In this document: positions 17,099 to 26,479 of the stretch, piece after piece
Layout: every line of letters starts with the position of its first letter
Position numbering within the stretch: position 1 is the stretch's first letter
Source of the DNA: an uncultured Alistipes sp.
GTDB lineage: Bacteria > Bacteroidota > Bacteroidia > Bacteroidales > Rikenellaceae
Assembly: GCA_944322375.1 (NCBI GenBank)
Contig: CALUOX010000001.1
Coordinates: forward strand, 5,392-69,391
Length of the DNA: 64,000 nucleotides
Direction: 5' to 3'
Translations under genes and position numbers: made by a program
The notes under the pieces: model-generated
What the model saw: the letters and a program-made list of their open reading frames with translations, nothing else
Told to the model about the DNA's origin: nothing
Database searches by the model: none

Positions 17099-19588
17099 AT
17101 GATGGAATCTCCGATATTGCAGGGCTTGAATCCTGCGCAGCGGGCGGCGGTCGAGGCTTACGACGAGCCGTCGCTCATCATTGCCGGTGCGGGGTCGGGC
17201 AAAACCCGTGTGTTGACCTCGCGCATCGCCTACATGATTGAATGCGGCGTGAAACCGGAGAACATATTGGCCCTGACCTTCACCAACAAGGCGGCCGATC
17301 AGATGCGGGAGCGTATTCGCGGAATGGTTCCGGGCGGGCGGAGCCGTTCGATCTTCATGGGTACGTTCCACTCGATCTTTTTGCGGATACTGCGGGCCGA
17401 AGCCGATCGGATCGGCTTCCCGGCAAACTTTACCGTTTACGACACGTCGGATGCGAAGAACCTCTTGAAGATGCTGGTCAAGGAGCTGAATCTTCCGGAC
17501 GACCGGTACAAGCCGGCGTCGATGTTGTCGCGCATCTCGCTCTACAAGAACGGTCTGATCACGCCGGGCGCCTATCTGGCCAGTTCGGTCCATGCGACGG
17601 AGGACCGCAAGGCGCAGATTCCCGAATTCGGCAACCTCTACAACCTTTACTGCCAGCGGTGCAAGCACAACGGAGCGATGGATTTCGACGATCTGCTGCT
17701 GCAGACCAATATCCTGCTGCGGGACTGTCCCGACGTGCTGGCGCGCTACCAGGAGCAGTTCAAGTATATTCTGGTCGATGAGTATCAGGATACGAACTAC
17801 GCCCAATACATCATCATCCGCCGTTTGTCGCAGCTTCACGGGAAGGTCTGCGTGGTGGGTGACGATGCACAGTCGATCTATTCGTTCCGGGGCGCCAAGA
17901 TCGAAAACATTCTGTCGTTCCAGCGCGACTATCCCGATGCGAAGGTCTTCAAGCTGGAGCAGAACTATCGCTCCACGCGCACGATCGTCGATGCCGCCAA
18001 TTCGGTGATTGAGCATAACGCCCGCCGCATGAAGAAGAGCTGTTTCTCGGAGGGGGCCGAAGGCGAGAAGATCAAGGTGCTGAAGGCCTATACCGATCGG
18101 GAGGAGGCGGAACTTGTGACCCAGGATCTGCGGGAGCGGATCCGCGAGTCGGGCGACCGGTGGAACGAAGCGGCGGTGCTGTATCGTACGAACAGCCAGT
18201 CGCAGGCGATCGAGGAGTCGATGCGCCGCAAGGGTATTCCCTATCGGATCTACAAGGGCAGTTCGTTTTACGACCACAAGGAGATCAAGGATCTGCTGGC
18301 CTACATCCGGCTGATTGTCAATCCGCGGGATGACGAGGCGTTCCGTCGGGTGGTGAATTATCCGTCGCGGGGCATCGGCGAACAGACGGTGCAGCGTATA
18401 TCGGATCTGGCGGCGGCGCGGGGGATCTCGATGTGGGAGGCGGTCGATGCGCTGGTGCAGGAGCCGCCGGCCGATGCCGTGCAGCGTACCTTGGTGCGGA
18501 AGGTGTCGGAATTCGTATCGTTGATTCGCGAATTGTCGCTCGGACGGGCGCAGAAGGGGCTGTACGAGTTCGGTGAGGAGGTGGCCCGCCGCTCGGGTAT
18601 CCTGGCGCTTTACCGTCGGGAGAATACCCCCGAATCGGCCTCGGCACTCGACAATATCGAGGAGCTGCTCAATTCGATGCAGTTGTTCAAGGAGCAGCGC
18701 GACGCCGAGATCCGCAACGGCGAGGAGCAGGCCGAGGCGAGCATCGAGGAGTGGTTGCAGAGCGTGATGCTTACGACCGACATGGATCGCCGCGAGGAGC
18801 AGGGTGACGACGACAAGGTGACCCTGATGACGGTCCATTCGGCCAAGGGTCTGGAATTCAAGTATGTCTATATCGTCGGCATGGAGGAGAACCTCTTCCC
18901 TTCGCAGCGGGCCGCCGAGACGCCCGAAGGGTTGGAGGAGGAGCGGCGGCTCTTCTATGTGGCCCTGACGCGAGCCAAGTGCCGCGCCGTACTTTCGTAT
19001 GCCGAGATGCGTTTCAAGTGGGGCAACATGGAGTTTTCGCATCCGAGTTGTTTTCTGCGCGAGATCGATCCGAAATACCTTGAGCCCGATGCCGATACGG
19101 GTGACACGTCGCCGCGCGGAACCGCCGCGGCCGGCGGCCGTACGGCGATCGAGGAGCTGCGCCGGCGTTTCGACGTGCGTTATCAGCAGCGGGGAGCTGC
19201 GCCGGCGGGAGGCGTTTCCGGGTTTACACGTTCGGCTGCGTCGTTCGGCGCACGCCGCGACGGCTCCTTTTCGGGCGGTTCCGCGCGCTTTGGCGCTTCG
19301 CGTCCTGCGGGGGCCGGAACGAATCCATCCGCGTCGCGGCCGGTGGTGCCGCGTCCCGTCCAACCGGCATCCCTGCGGCGTCTGGCTCCCGGAGCCGCGT
19401 CCGTACCGGGAAGCGGAGCCGGAAGTTCGGGCTATGCGTCGGGCGACCGGGTCGAGCATGCGACCTTCGGCCGGGGAACGATCGTGCGCGTGGAGACGTT
19501 GACGACCGACGACAAGCTGATCGTGTCGTTCGACAATTGCGGAGAGAAGACACTGTTGGCCAAATTTGCCAAATTGAAGAAATTATGA
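17099..19588 (+). CDS. pcrA: UvrD/PcrA ATP-dependent DNA helicase
   Basis: AGAGSGKTRV, LTFTNKAA, LVDEYQDTN, VGDDAQSIYSFRGA, EQNYRS, TVHSAKGLEF, EERRLFYVALTRA, C-terminal Tudor GDRVEHATFGRG. Start placed at MMESPIL; -7 box at 16907-16914. Confidence 0.96.
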   Translation: MMESPILQGLNPAQRAAVEAYDEPSLIIAGAGSGKTRVLTSRIAYMIECGVKPENILALTFTNKAADQMRERIRGMVPGGRSRSIFMGTFHSIFLRILRAEADRIGFPANFTVYDTSDAKNLLKMLVKELNLPDDRYKPASMLSRISLYKNGLITPGAYLASSVHATEDRKAQIPEFGNLYNLYCQRCKHNGAMDFDDLLLQTNILLRDCPDVLARYQEQFKYILVDEYQDTNYAQYIIIRRLSQLHGKVCVVGDDAQSIYSFRGAKIENILSFQRDYPDAKVFKLEQNYRSTRTIVDAANSVIEHNARRMKKSCFSEGAEGEKIKVLKAYTDREEAELVTQDLRERIRESGDRWNEAAVLYRTNSQSQAIEESMRRKGIPYRIYKGSSFYDHKEIKDLLAYIRLIVNPRDDEAFRRVVNYPSRGIGEQTVQRISDLAAARGISMWEAVDALVQEPPADAVQRTLVRKVSEFVSLIRELSLGRAQKGLYEFGEEVARRSGILALYRRENTPESASALDNIEELLNSMQLFKEQRDAEIRNGEEQAEASIEEWLQSVMLTTDMDRREEQGDDDKVTLMTVHSAKGLEFKYVYIVGMEENLFPSQRAAETPEGLEEERRLFYVALTRAKCRAVLSYAEMRFKWGNMEFSHPSCFLREIDPKYLEPDADTGDTSPRGTAAAGGRTAIEELRRRFDVRYQQRGAAPAGGVSGFTRSAASFGARRDGSFSGGSARFGASRPAGAGTNPSASRPVVPRPVQPASLRRLAPGAASVPGSGAGSSGYASGDRVEHATFGRGTIVRVETLTTDDKLIVSFDNCGEKTLLAKFAKLKKL

Positions 19589-20580
19589 AAAACCGCACCG
19601 CACCCATTGAACTCTTGGCCGAATCCGACGGAACCGTCGTGTCGGATCCGCTGGTTTCGGTCTGCATGACGACCTACAACCAAGCGCCCTATCTTGCGCA
19701 GGCAATCGAAGGGGTGCTGGCGCAGCGGACATCGTTCGATGTGGAGCTGGTGCTGAGCGACGACTGTTCGACGGACGGCACGGCGGAGCTCTGTGCGGCT
19801 TATGCGGCGCAATATCCGACGGTGATCCGGCTGGTCACGGGACCGGTGAATGTGGGCTGGCGGGCCAACTATCGGCGGACGTTCGAGGCGTGTCGCGGGA
19901 CGTATGTCGCCTATTGCGACGGCGATGATTACTGGAGTGATCCGTTCAAGCTGCAGAAGCAGGTCGATCTGTTGGAGACGGATGCCGCGTGCGGGATGTG
20001 TTATACCCGTTCGGAGCGGGTGGTCGAGGCGACCGGCCAACGGTGGTCCTATCCGCAGCGGGAGTCGTTCTGCGATTTCGACAGCCTGCTCTTCAACAAT
20101 ACGGTAGAGAACTGTACGGCCGTGGCCCGCCGCGAGCTGATCGGCCGCTATTATGCGGAGGTGCGTCCCGAGGAGCATCCGCAGTGGCTGACCGACGATG
20201 CTCCGATGTGGATCTGGTTTTCACGTTTCAGCCGCATCCGGGCGCTGGACTGCGTGACGGCCGTCCACCGGCTGCTGCCGCAGAGCGTCAGCCAGAGCGG
20301 TGCCGTTGAACGCCGTATCGCCTTCTGCGATTCGCTGGCCGATATCTCGCTGTGGTTCGATCATCGTTACGGGAAGAACCGTCACGCCCGGGCCTTGCAT
20401 CGCCGGCGCATGGAGGTTGCCCTGTGGGTCTTGTCGCGGGACGGTTCGACGGCGGAGTATCTGTCGCGCTGGTGGCGGGATGTGCGGCGCACGCCGTGTC
20501 TGCTGTTCGATGCGGCGGGTTATGGATTGCTGGTGAAGAGCTGGCTGCGGAAGCTGTCGTCAAAAAGGAGAAGACAATGA
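19585..20580 (+). CDS. GT2 family glycosyltransferase
   Basis: VSVCMTTYNQ, SDDCSTDGT, YCDGDDYW; ATGA overlap with helicase stop. Confidence 0.9.
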   Translation: MKNRTAPIELLAESDGTVVSDPLVSVCMTTYNQAPYLAQAIEGVLAQRTSFDVELVLSDDCSTDGTAELCAAYAAQYPTVIRLVTGPVNVGWRANYRRTFEACRGTYVAYCDGDDYWSDPFKLQKQVDLLETDAACGMCYTRSERVVEATGQRWSYPQRESFCDFDSLLFNNTVENCTAVARRELIGRYYAEVRPEEHPQWLTDDAPMWIWFSRFSRIRALDCVTAVHRLLPQSVSQSGAVERRIAFCDSLADISLWFDHRYGKNRHARALHRRRMEVALWVLSRDGSTAEYLSRWWRDVRRTPCLLFDAAGYGLLVKSWLRKLSSKRRRQ

Positions 20581-21227
20581 CACTGAAGGAGCGTTACGAG
20601 GGCGTCATCGGGTGGTTTCAGGAACACATGCCGGTGGCAGAGAGCGAATTGCACTACAAGTCCCCCTATGAACTGCTTGTGGCGGTGATCCTTTCCGCCC
20701 AATGCACGGACAAGCGGGTGAACATGACCACGCCGGCGCTGTTTGCGGCCTATCCGACACCGGAGGCAATGGCCGCCGCCACGCCGGAGGAGATCTACGG
20801 CTACATCAAAAGCATCTCCTATCCGAACAACAAGGCGAAGAACCTTGCCGCAATGGCCCGCATGCTGTGTTCGGAGTTCGGAGGCGTCGTGCCGTCGGAT
20901 CTGGATGCACTGCAGCGGCTGCCGGGTGTCGGGCGCAAGACGGCCAACGTGGTCGGCGCCGTGATCTGGGGCAAGGAGGTGATGCCGGTCGATACGCACG
21001 TTTTCCGGGTCTCGGCCCGCATCGGACTGACGCGTGGTGCGAAGACGCCGCTGCAGACGGAGCTGCAGCTCGAGAAACACATCCCGTCGCATCTGCTGCC
21101 CGTGGCGCATCATTGGTTGATACTTCACGGCCGTTACGTCTGCACGGCACGCTCTCCGCACTGTGCGGATTGCGGTATCCGTTCCTGGTGCCGGAGTTAC
21201 GAAACATCAAAAAACGCTTCGGAGTAG
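20577..21227 (+). CDS. nth: Endonuclease III
   Basis: ELLVAVILSAQCTDKRVN, HhH LPGVGRKTANVV, VDTHVFRV, Fe-S motif CTARSPHCADC..RSWC. Confidence 0.97.
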   Translation: MTLKERYEGVIGWFQEHMPVAESELHYKSPYELLVAVILSAQCTDKRVNMTTPALFAAYPTPEAMAAATPEEIYGYIKSISYPNNKAKNLAAMARMLCSEFGGVVPSDLDALQRLPGVGRKTANVVGAVIWGKEVMPVDTHVFRVSARIGLTRGAKTPLQTELQLEKHIPSHLLPVAHHWLILHGRYVCTARSPHCADCGIRSWCRSYETSKNASE

Positions 21228-21247
21228 GAAATTTGCAATCCTTTTCG

Positions 21248-21255
21248 TACCTTTG
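21248..21255 (+). promoter_or_regulatory. -7 box (TACCTTTG) 5 nt before nrnA ATG
   Basis: Exact TAnnTTTG consensus. Confidence 0.65.
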
Positions 21256-21260
21256 GAACG

Positions 21261-22292
21261 ATGAAGTTCGAGAACGATAAAATTGCAGCACTCGGCAGCC
21301 TGATTTCAGAAGGCCCCCGCAAGATCGTGCTGGTCGCACATACCAATCCGGATGGCGATGCCATCGGAGCCTCGCTGGCGTGGCGTGAAGTGCTGGTGTC
21401 GAAGGGGCACGAGGTGACGATGATCGTTCCCAACAAATATCCCTATTTCCTTGACTGGATGCCGGGTATCGACGAAATCACGATATTCCGGTTCGATGCG
21501 AAACGGGCAACGTCGGCCATACGGGCTGCGGATCTGATCTTCTGTCTTGACTTCAATGCATTGTCCCGGCTGGAGGCCTTGAGCGAGGCCCTGGCTGAGA
21601 ACGACACGGCGCAGCGCGTGCTGATCGATCATCATCTGTCGCCCGAGAAGGGTTTTGATCTCGAGTTCTCCTGCCCCACGGCATCAAGTACCTGTTTTCT
21701 GCTGTACTGTCTGATCGAACAGTTGTGCGGAACGGAGGCCATCACCCGTCGGATGGCCGAATCGCTCTATGTGGGGATGATGACCGATACGGGGAACTTC
21801 TCGTTTTCGTTCCTGACACCGGAACTGTATCGGGCCGTAGCCGTTCTGGCGGAGAAGGGGATCGACATCCCCCAGATCCACAACAACGTGTACAACGGCT
21901 ATACGGAAGACCGTGCGCGGCTCTTCGGCTACACGATTCATCGCAAGATGAATGTCATCCAGGAGGGGACGGTGGCCTACATGTCGCTTACGGAGGCGGA
22001 GATGCGGCGCTACCGGTTTCAGCAGGGCGACAGCGAGGGCTTTGTGAACTACCCGCTGACGATCAAGAAGATGAAGATGTCGGCGATGTTCCTCGGCCAT
22101 CACAAGTTCATTCGCGTGTCGCTGCGTTCGCGCGGCGACGTGGATGTGAATCTTTTTGCCCGCCGTTATTTCAACGGAGGCGGTCACAAGAATGCCGCCG
22201 GCGGGAAATCCTATGTTTCGATGGCGGAGACCATCGCTCATTATATCCGATCCGTGGAGGAGTTTGCCCGTGAGGGCGGTTTGGGCGAGTAG
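21261..22292 (+). CDS. nrnA: DHH/DHHA1 phosphoesterase (NrnA, nano-RNase/pAp phosphatase)
   Basis: HTNPDGDAIG, LDFN, IDHH, TDTG, GGGHKNAAGG. Confidence 0.92.
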   Translation: MKFENDKIAALGSLISEGPRKIVLVAHTNPDGDAIGASLAWREVLVSKGHEVTMIVPNKYPYFLDWMPGIDEITIFRFDAKRATSAIRAADLIFCLDFNALSRLEALSEALAENDTAQRVLIDHHLSPEKGFDLEFSCPTASSTCFLLYCLIEQLCGTEAITRRMAESLYVGMMTDTGNFSFSFLTPELYRAVAVLAEKGIDIPQIHNNVYNGYTEDRARLFGYTIHRKMNVIQEGTVAYMSLTEAEMRRYRFQQGDSEGFVNYPLTIKKMKMSAMFLGHHKFIRVSLRSRGDVDVNLFARRYFNGGGHKNAAGGKSYVSMAETIAHYIRSVEEFAREGGLGE

Positions 22293-22383
22293 GCGTCGCT
22301 TCTCTCATTGCTCGTATCGGTGCCCGGGGCGGAAACGACCCTGAGATTCAGCTTCGAAGACTTACAACCTAAAACTACAATAT

Positions 22384-23250
22384 ATGAAGCGAATCTTATC
22401 TTTGATGTGCTTGGCGTTCTCGTTGAGCATCCAGCAGGGCATTGCCCAGCAGACGATCGTGATGTATCATGAATCTCCGATTCACGGCACGGTCCTGTGG
22501 GACCGGACAACGTCCGACAGAGTTTTCTTTACCCATGAACAGGGTTTGAGTGACACGCTCATACAGTTTGTACCCCGCCGTGAGGTGGAGTATATCGAAT
22601 GCGACAGCAGCAGGTATGTTTACAAGGGAGCCCGCAAGGGGTGGCAGTTGTGGGATGGTACGGCCTTTTCGGCGACCCCGCAACATGGCATGCTGTATGG
22701 TGTTTCGGGCGGTATTGTGAGCAAGGGCTGGAGTGTGGAGGGCTCGGCGATGCACTACCTGAGCCGGTCGAACTTTTTTGGAATCGGAGGCTACTTCCGT
22801 TATGCGAATACCGCTCCGTTCAAGCATGTGAATGAACATTGGGGATACAACTATACGAATCAGGCCTTCTCTTTGGGCGTTCAGTTTGAATTTCGCGGAT
22901 ACCTGCGCAAACTGAAGAGTTTCTATTATATTCAGGTTGGAGGCGGGTGTACCTACCATCGATTCGTCGATTGCAAACCGGAATATTTCATGGATGTTAA
23001 TTTTACGGAGGAGACATGGGAGAATTCATTCCGTTTTCTGAATTTCCCGTCGTCAAAGTGGGCTCCAACGATTCATGGCAGAGTCGGGTTATATACGCGG
23101 TTGACGCAGGGGTTGTATGCCGATCTTTCGGCCGGATGTATTGTCCGTTATTACGCGGAGTCCACGAGTGAGAAGGTCTCCGTATTCCATTTGGCGGATC
23201 AGTATCCGATCGGGATCTCTCTGGGTCTGCGTTTCGGTCGGGAACAGTAA
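22384..23250 (+). CDS. Secreted hypothetical protein, probable outer-membrane beta-barrel (paralog 1)
   Basis: Signal peptide; alternating aromatic/Gly strands; ends GISLGLRFGREQ; 288 aa. Confidence 0.75.
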   Translation: MKRILSLMCLAFSLSIQQGIAQQTIVMYHESPIHGTVLWDRTTSDRVFFTHEQGLSDTLIQFVPRREVEYIECDSSRYVYKGARKGWQLWDGTAFSATPQHGMLYGVSGGIVSKGWSVEGSAMHYLSRSNFFGIGGYFRYANTAPFKHVNEHWGYNYTNQAFSLGVQFEFRGYLRKLKSFYYIQVGGGCTYHRFVDCKPEYFMDVNFTEETWENSFRFLNFPSSKWAPTIHGRVGLYTRLTQGLYADLSAGCIVRYYAESTSEKVSVFHLADQYPIGISLGLRFGREQ

Positions 23251-23352
23251 TTTGTGCCGAAAGACAGATTGAAATGACAAGGGTATTCATTCTCCGTGAA
23301 AAATCTCGATTATTCTATCGGAATAGACCTGATCAACCTAAAATAAACTGCT

Positions 23353-24219
23353 ATGAAAAACATTTTAACGCTTCTTGCGATGTTTTGTCTGGGAGTCAGC
23401 CCCCTTGCCGCCCAGCAAACGATCTTCCTGCAACATGATCCTCCGGTTCAAGGGACCGTATTATGGGACCGTACAAAAGGCGGAGACCGATTGTTTTTTC
23501 TTCAAGCCGACAGTGTCGGCGATACGCTTGTCCAGTTTGTTCCGAGCCGCAAGGTAGAGTATATCGATTGCGACAGTTGCAAGCTTGTATACAAAGGAAC
23601 ACGCAGGGGCTGGCAGCAGTGGAAAGGTAAGAATTTTCATGAGGAACCTCGTCAGCAGATGTTGTATGGTGCATCCGGTAGCTGGATTCTCGATGGATGG
23701 TCGGCAGATGCTTCAGCCATGCGTGTGATGAACCGTAACAGTAAAATCGCTATAGGCGGTTTTATCCGTTATATGTTTACGCAGCCGGTTCCGCTTCCTG
23801 TAAAAACTTCATATGACCACCATGCGATTGTATTTGGCCCTCAGGCAGAATTTAGGGGTTATAGCCGTCGTTTGAAGAGCTACTTCTATCTTGATTTCGG
23901 TTTGGGAGCTACATACCATCGATTTGACTGGGGGAATATGGCATATAGTGATGAGGCGATTGAGGCCATTGACCGGCAGGGCTCTTTTACGACCGAATAT
24001 TTGAATTGGATCCGTGACCATTATCCAACAGACAGATGGACCTATGCATTCAATTACAAAGTCGGTGTATATGTCCGTTTGACTCGGGGTTTATATGCTG
24101 ATGTTGGGTTCGTCGGTGTGGGGCATATTTTCAGCCGTATTCCTCAAAAGTACAATTCGAGTGATCAATATCCTTTTGGCCTCAGTGTCGGTTTGCGTTT
24201 CGGTCGGGAATCGAAGTGA
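23353..24219 (+). CDS. Secreted hypothetical protein, probable outer-membrane beta-barrel (paralog 2)
   Basis: Colinear with paralog 1 (GTVLWDRT, QFVP.R.VEYI.CDS, GLYAD, DQYP.G.S.GLRFGRE); 288 aa. Confidence 0.75.
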   Translation: MKNILTLLAMFCLGVSPLAAQQTIFLQHDPPVQGTVLWDRTKGGDRLFFLQADSVGDTLVQFVPSRKVEYIDCDSCKLVYKGTRRGWQQWKGKNFHEEPRQQMLYGASGSWILDGWSADASAMRVMNRNSKIAIGGFIRYMFTQPVPLPVKTSYDHHAIVFGPQAEFRGYSRRLKSYFYLDFGLGATYHRFDWGNMAYSDEAIEAIDRQGSFTTEYLNWIRDHYPTDRWTYAFNYKVGVYVRLTRGLYADVGFVGVGHIFSRIPQKYNSSDQYPFGLSVGLRFGRESK

Positions 24220-24298
24220 TAAGAGGTGTTGAAGGTGACGATTCATGCAGGGCGGTTCATCATCGGACCGTATGACGGGCCGATCTGCCGCAGACAAG

Positions 24299-24335
24299 AG
24301 GAGCGGGACAACATCATTGTTGTCCCGCTCCTTTT
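24299..24335. terminator. Terminator between convergent units
   Basis: Perfect 15-bp inverted repeat aggagcgggacaaca/tgttgtcccgctcct followed by T residues. Confidence 0.75.
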
Positions 24336-24350
24336 GGCTCGAAGTACCGC

Positions 24351-24665
24351 TCAGTTGCCGGCCGTCGGATCGACCTCTTCTGAAAGAAGCATATCGGCAG
24401 CCGGTTTGTCCGGCGATTTCAACGAATCCCGAGACGGAGATGCCGGGGTTGTCTCTTCAGCAGGAGTCCTCTCTTCCGCTTGCACCGGAACCTCGATCTG
24501 CCGAGAGACCGTGTTGACGCTATGATTTTCGGCAGTACTCTCCGAATTGCCGGCGTGTGGCCACAACGACGTGTATCCCTCCCGGCCCAGAATCGTATAG
24601 ACCAGCACCGCGACAATCGCTGCCGCAAGAATGTATCCGATAAGACGTTTGATCATGCTTTTCAT
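24351..24665 (-). CDS. Small membrane-anchored hypothetical protein
   Basis: Basic N-terminus, one TM helix (IGYILAAAIVAVLVYTIL), polar tail; 29 nt after the S41 gene. Confidence 0.6.
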   Translation of the reverse strand: MKSMIKRLIGYILAAAIVAVLVYTILGREGYTSLWPHAGNSESTAENHSVNTVSRQIEVPVQAEERTPAEETTPASPSRDSLKSPDKPAADMLLSEEVDPTAGN

Positions 24666-24694
24666 TTTTTATGTTTCCCTGTCGCCCCGCCGAT

Positions 24695-26455
24695 CTATTG
24701 CAATGTTTCATCCGGAAGCGATGCCGAATCCGGATCTTCCGGAGCATCAGATGTTGACGGGCCGTTCGTTTCGTCCGGTTGATCCGCTCCCGACGGTTGC
24801 AACCCGGCTCCGGGACGGCTGCTCTCCATGGTGGGACGCTCCAGCTCCCCGATAGCCTTCAGGATCACCTTGTCCTCGGGGTAGATGAAGAGGTAGTATC
24901 CGCTGTCCTCCAACACCGTATTCCGTCCGATGAAAGCTTTGAGCTGCGCCTCGATCAACCGGCGCGAGTGGGCAATCTGTCCGTAATGAGGTGCGACCCC
25001 TTTGCGTGCCGCATAGCGGATGAAGTCATCGACCAGCGTCCGGTCGGCATCGAGCAGGTTCTTCAGTTCGGCCGTGGTCTTTACGACATTCAATGCTTTG
25101 CGGTGGGTGTCGGCATATTCGATCGTGTAGCGGTAGAGAATATTGCGTCCCGACACCTCGATGTAGTATTTCGTGATTTCGGTGGTATCCAGCGGTACGA
25201 AGATATCGGGCATGATGCCGCCACCGCCATAGACGACCTTGCCGCCGGGCGTTACATAGCGCAGCGAATCATTGAACCGGATCGAATCGGCCGAGAAGAA
25301 CTCGTTGTGTTCGTATCGGTTCCACAGATCGGCATCGTAACTCTCGAGATCTCCGGCCGTGTAGGGCTTCTGTATGGAGCGGCCTGTCGGCGTGTAGTAA
25401 CGTGCGATGGTAAGCCGCAGGGCTGAACCGTCGGCATAGGGAATCTGCTGCTGCACCAGCCCCTTGCCGAACGAGCGGCGGCCGATGATCGTTCCGCGAT
25501 CGTTGTCCTGCAGCGCTCCGGCGAGAATTTCACTCGACGAGGCGCTTCCCTCGTCGATCAGAACGACGAGGCCGAGGTCCGTATAGCTTCCCGAGCCGTC
25601 GCTGTAGTCGCTTACGCGCTGGTGGTTGCGGTCTTCGGTATAGACGATCAGCTTCCCGTCGGGGAGAAACTCGTTGGCGATGCCGATGGCCTGATCGAGA
25701 AATCCGCCGGAGTTGCCCCGCAGGTCGAGAATCAGTTTGGTCATTCCTTCGCCGCGCAGGGTTGTCAATGCCGTCCGGAGCTCTTCGAGCGAGGTGCGGG
25801 CGAATTGATCGAGTTTGACGAATGCAATATCGCCGGTGAGCATCAAGGCCGCCGTGATGCTGCGGATCGGGATCTTGTCCCGGATGACCGTTACCTCGAC
25901 ATTGTCGTCGATTCCGCGCCGTTCGAGTCCGAGTTTCACCTCCGTTCCCCGCTGGCCGCGCAGACGGCGCATGATTTCGCGCTGCGGGATCTGTTGCCCT
26001 GCGACCAGCGAATCGTTGATGCGCACGATGCGGTCGCCGGCGGTGATGCCGGCCTTGTCGCTGGGGCCTCCGGGGATGACGTTCAGAACGATGACCGTAT
26101 CCGTAGCCATGTTGAAGACCACGCCGATCCCGTCGAACTCTCCGTCAAGGGGTTCGTTCAATTCGGCCATCTCCGAGGCGGGGATATAGACCGAGTGGGG
26201 GTCGAGTTCCGAGACGATGACCGGCAGGGCGCGCTCGACGAGCGAATCCATCGAGACGGAGTCCACGTATTGGTTTTCGATCAGGGCGAGCGTCCGCGAG
26301 ATTTTGTCCTGCGGCATCGACAGCGAATGGAGGATGCTGCGGATATCGGATTCGGCCGTCGAGCGGCCCAGAAACTGCCCGATGAAGATGCCGGCGGCGA
26401 TGCCGGCGGCGACGATCAGGGGCAGCAGGATGGTAAAACGTGAATTTCTGTACAT
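24695..26455 (-). CDS. S41 family C-terminal processing peptidase
   Basis: LDPHS, PDZ GIGV..GGPS, LILDLRGNSGG, SASSSEILAGALQD.DR, SFGKGLVQ, TIARYYTPTGRSIQ. Confidence 0.95.
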   Translation of the reverse strand: MYRNSRFTILLPLIVAAGIAAGIFIGQFLGRSTAESDIRSILHSLSMPQDKISRTLALIENQYVDSVSMDSLVERALPVIVSELDPHSVYIPASEMAELNEPLDGEFDGIGVVFNMATDTVIVLNVIPGGPSDKAGITAGDRIVRINDSLVAGQQIPQREIMRRLRGQRGTEVKLGLERRGIDDNVEVTVIRDKIPIRSITAALMLTGDIAFVKLDQFARTSLEELRTALTTLRGEGMTKLILDLRGNSGGFLDQAIGIANEFLPDGKLIVYTEDRNHQRVSDYSDGSGSYTDLGLVVLIDEGSASSSEILAGALQDNDRGTIIGRRSFGKGLVQQQIPYADGSALRLTIARYYTPTGRSIQKPYTAGDLESYDADLWNRYEHNEFFSADSIRFNDSLRYVTPGGKVVYGGGGIMPDIFVPLDTTEITKYYIEVSGRNILYRYTIEYADTHRKALNVVKTTAELKNLLDADRTLVDDFIRYAARKGVAPHYGQIAHSRRLIEAQLKAFIGRNTVLEDSGYYLFIYPEDKVILKAIGELERPTMESSRPGAGLQPSGADQPDETNGPSTSDAPEDPDSASLPDETLQ

Positions 26456-26479
26456 GGGTTTCCTTGTACGCCGTGTTTG

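Noticed and set aside
19080-19430. Low-complexity extensions in the helicase linker, S41 tail and CvpA tail
   Set aside because: Disordered linkers and tails are common at these positions and lack a distinctive composition, unlike the debranching-enzyme tail.
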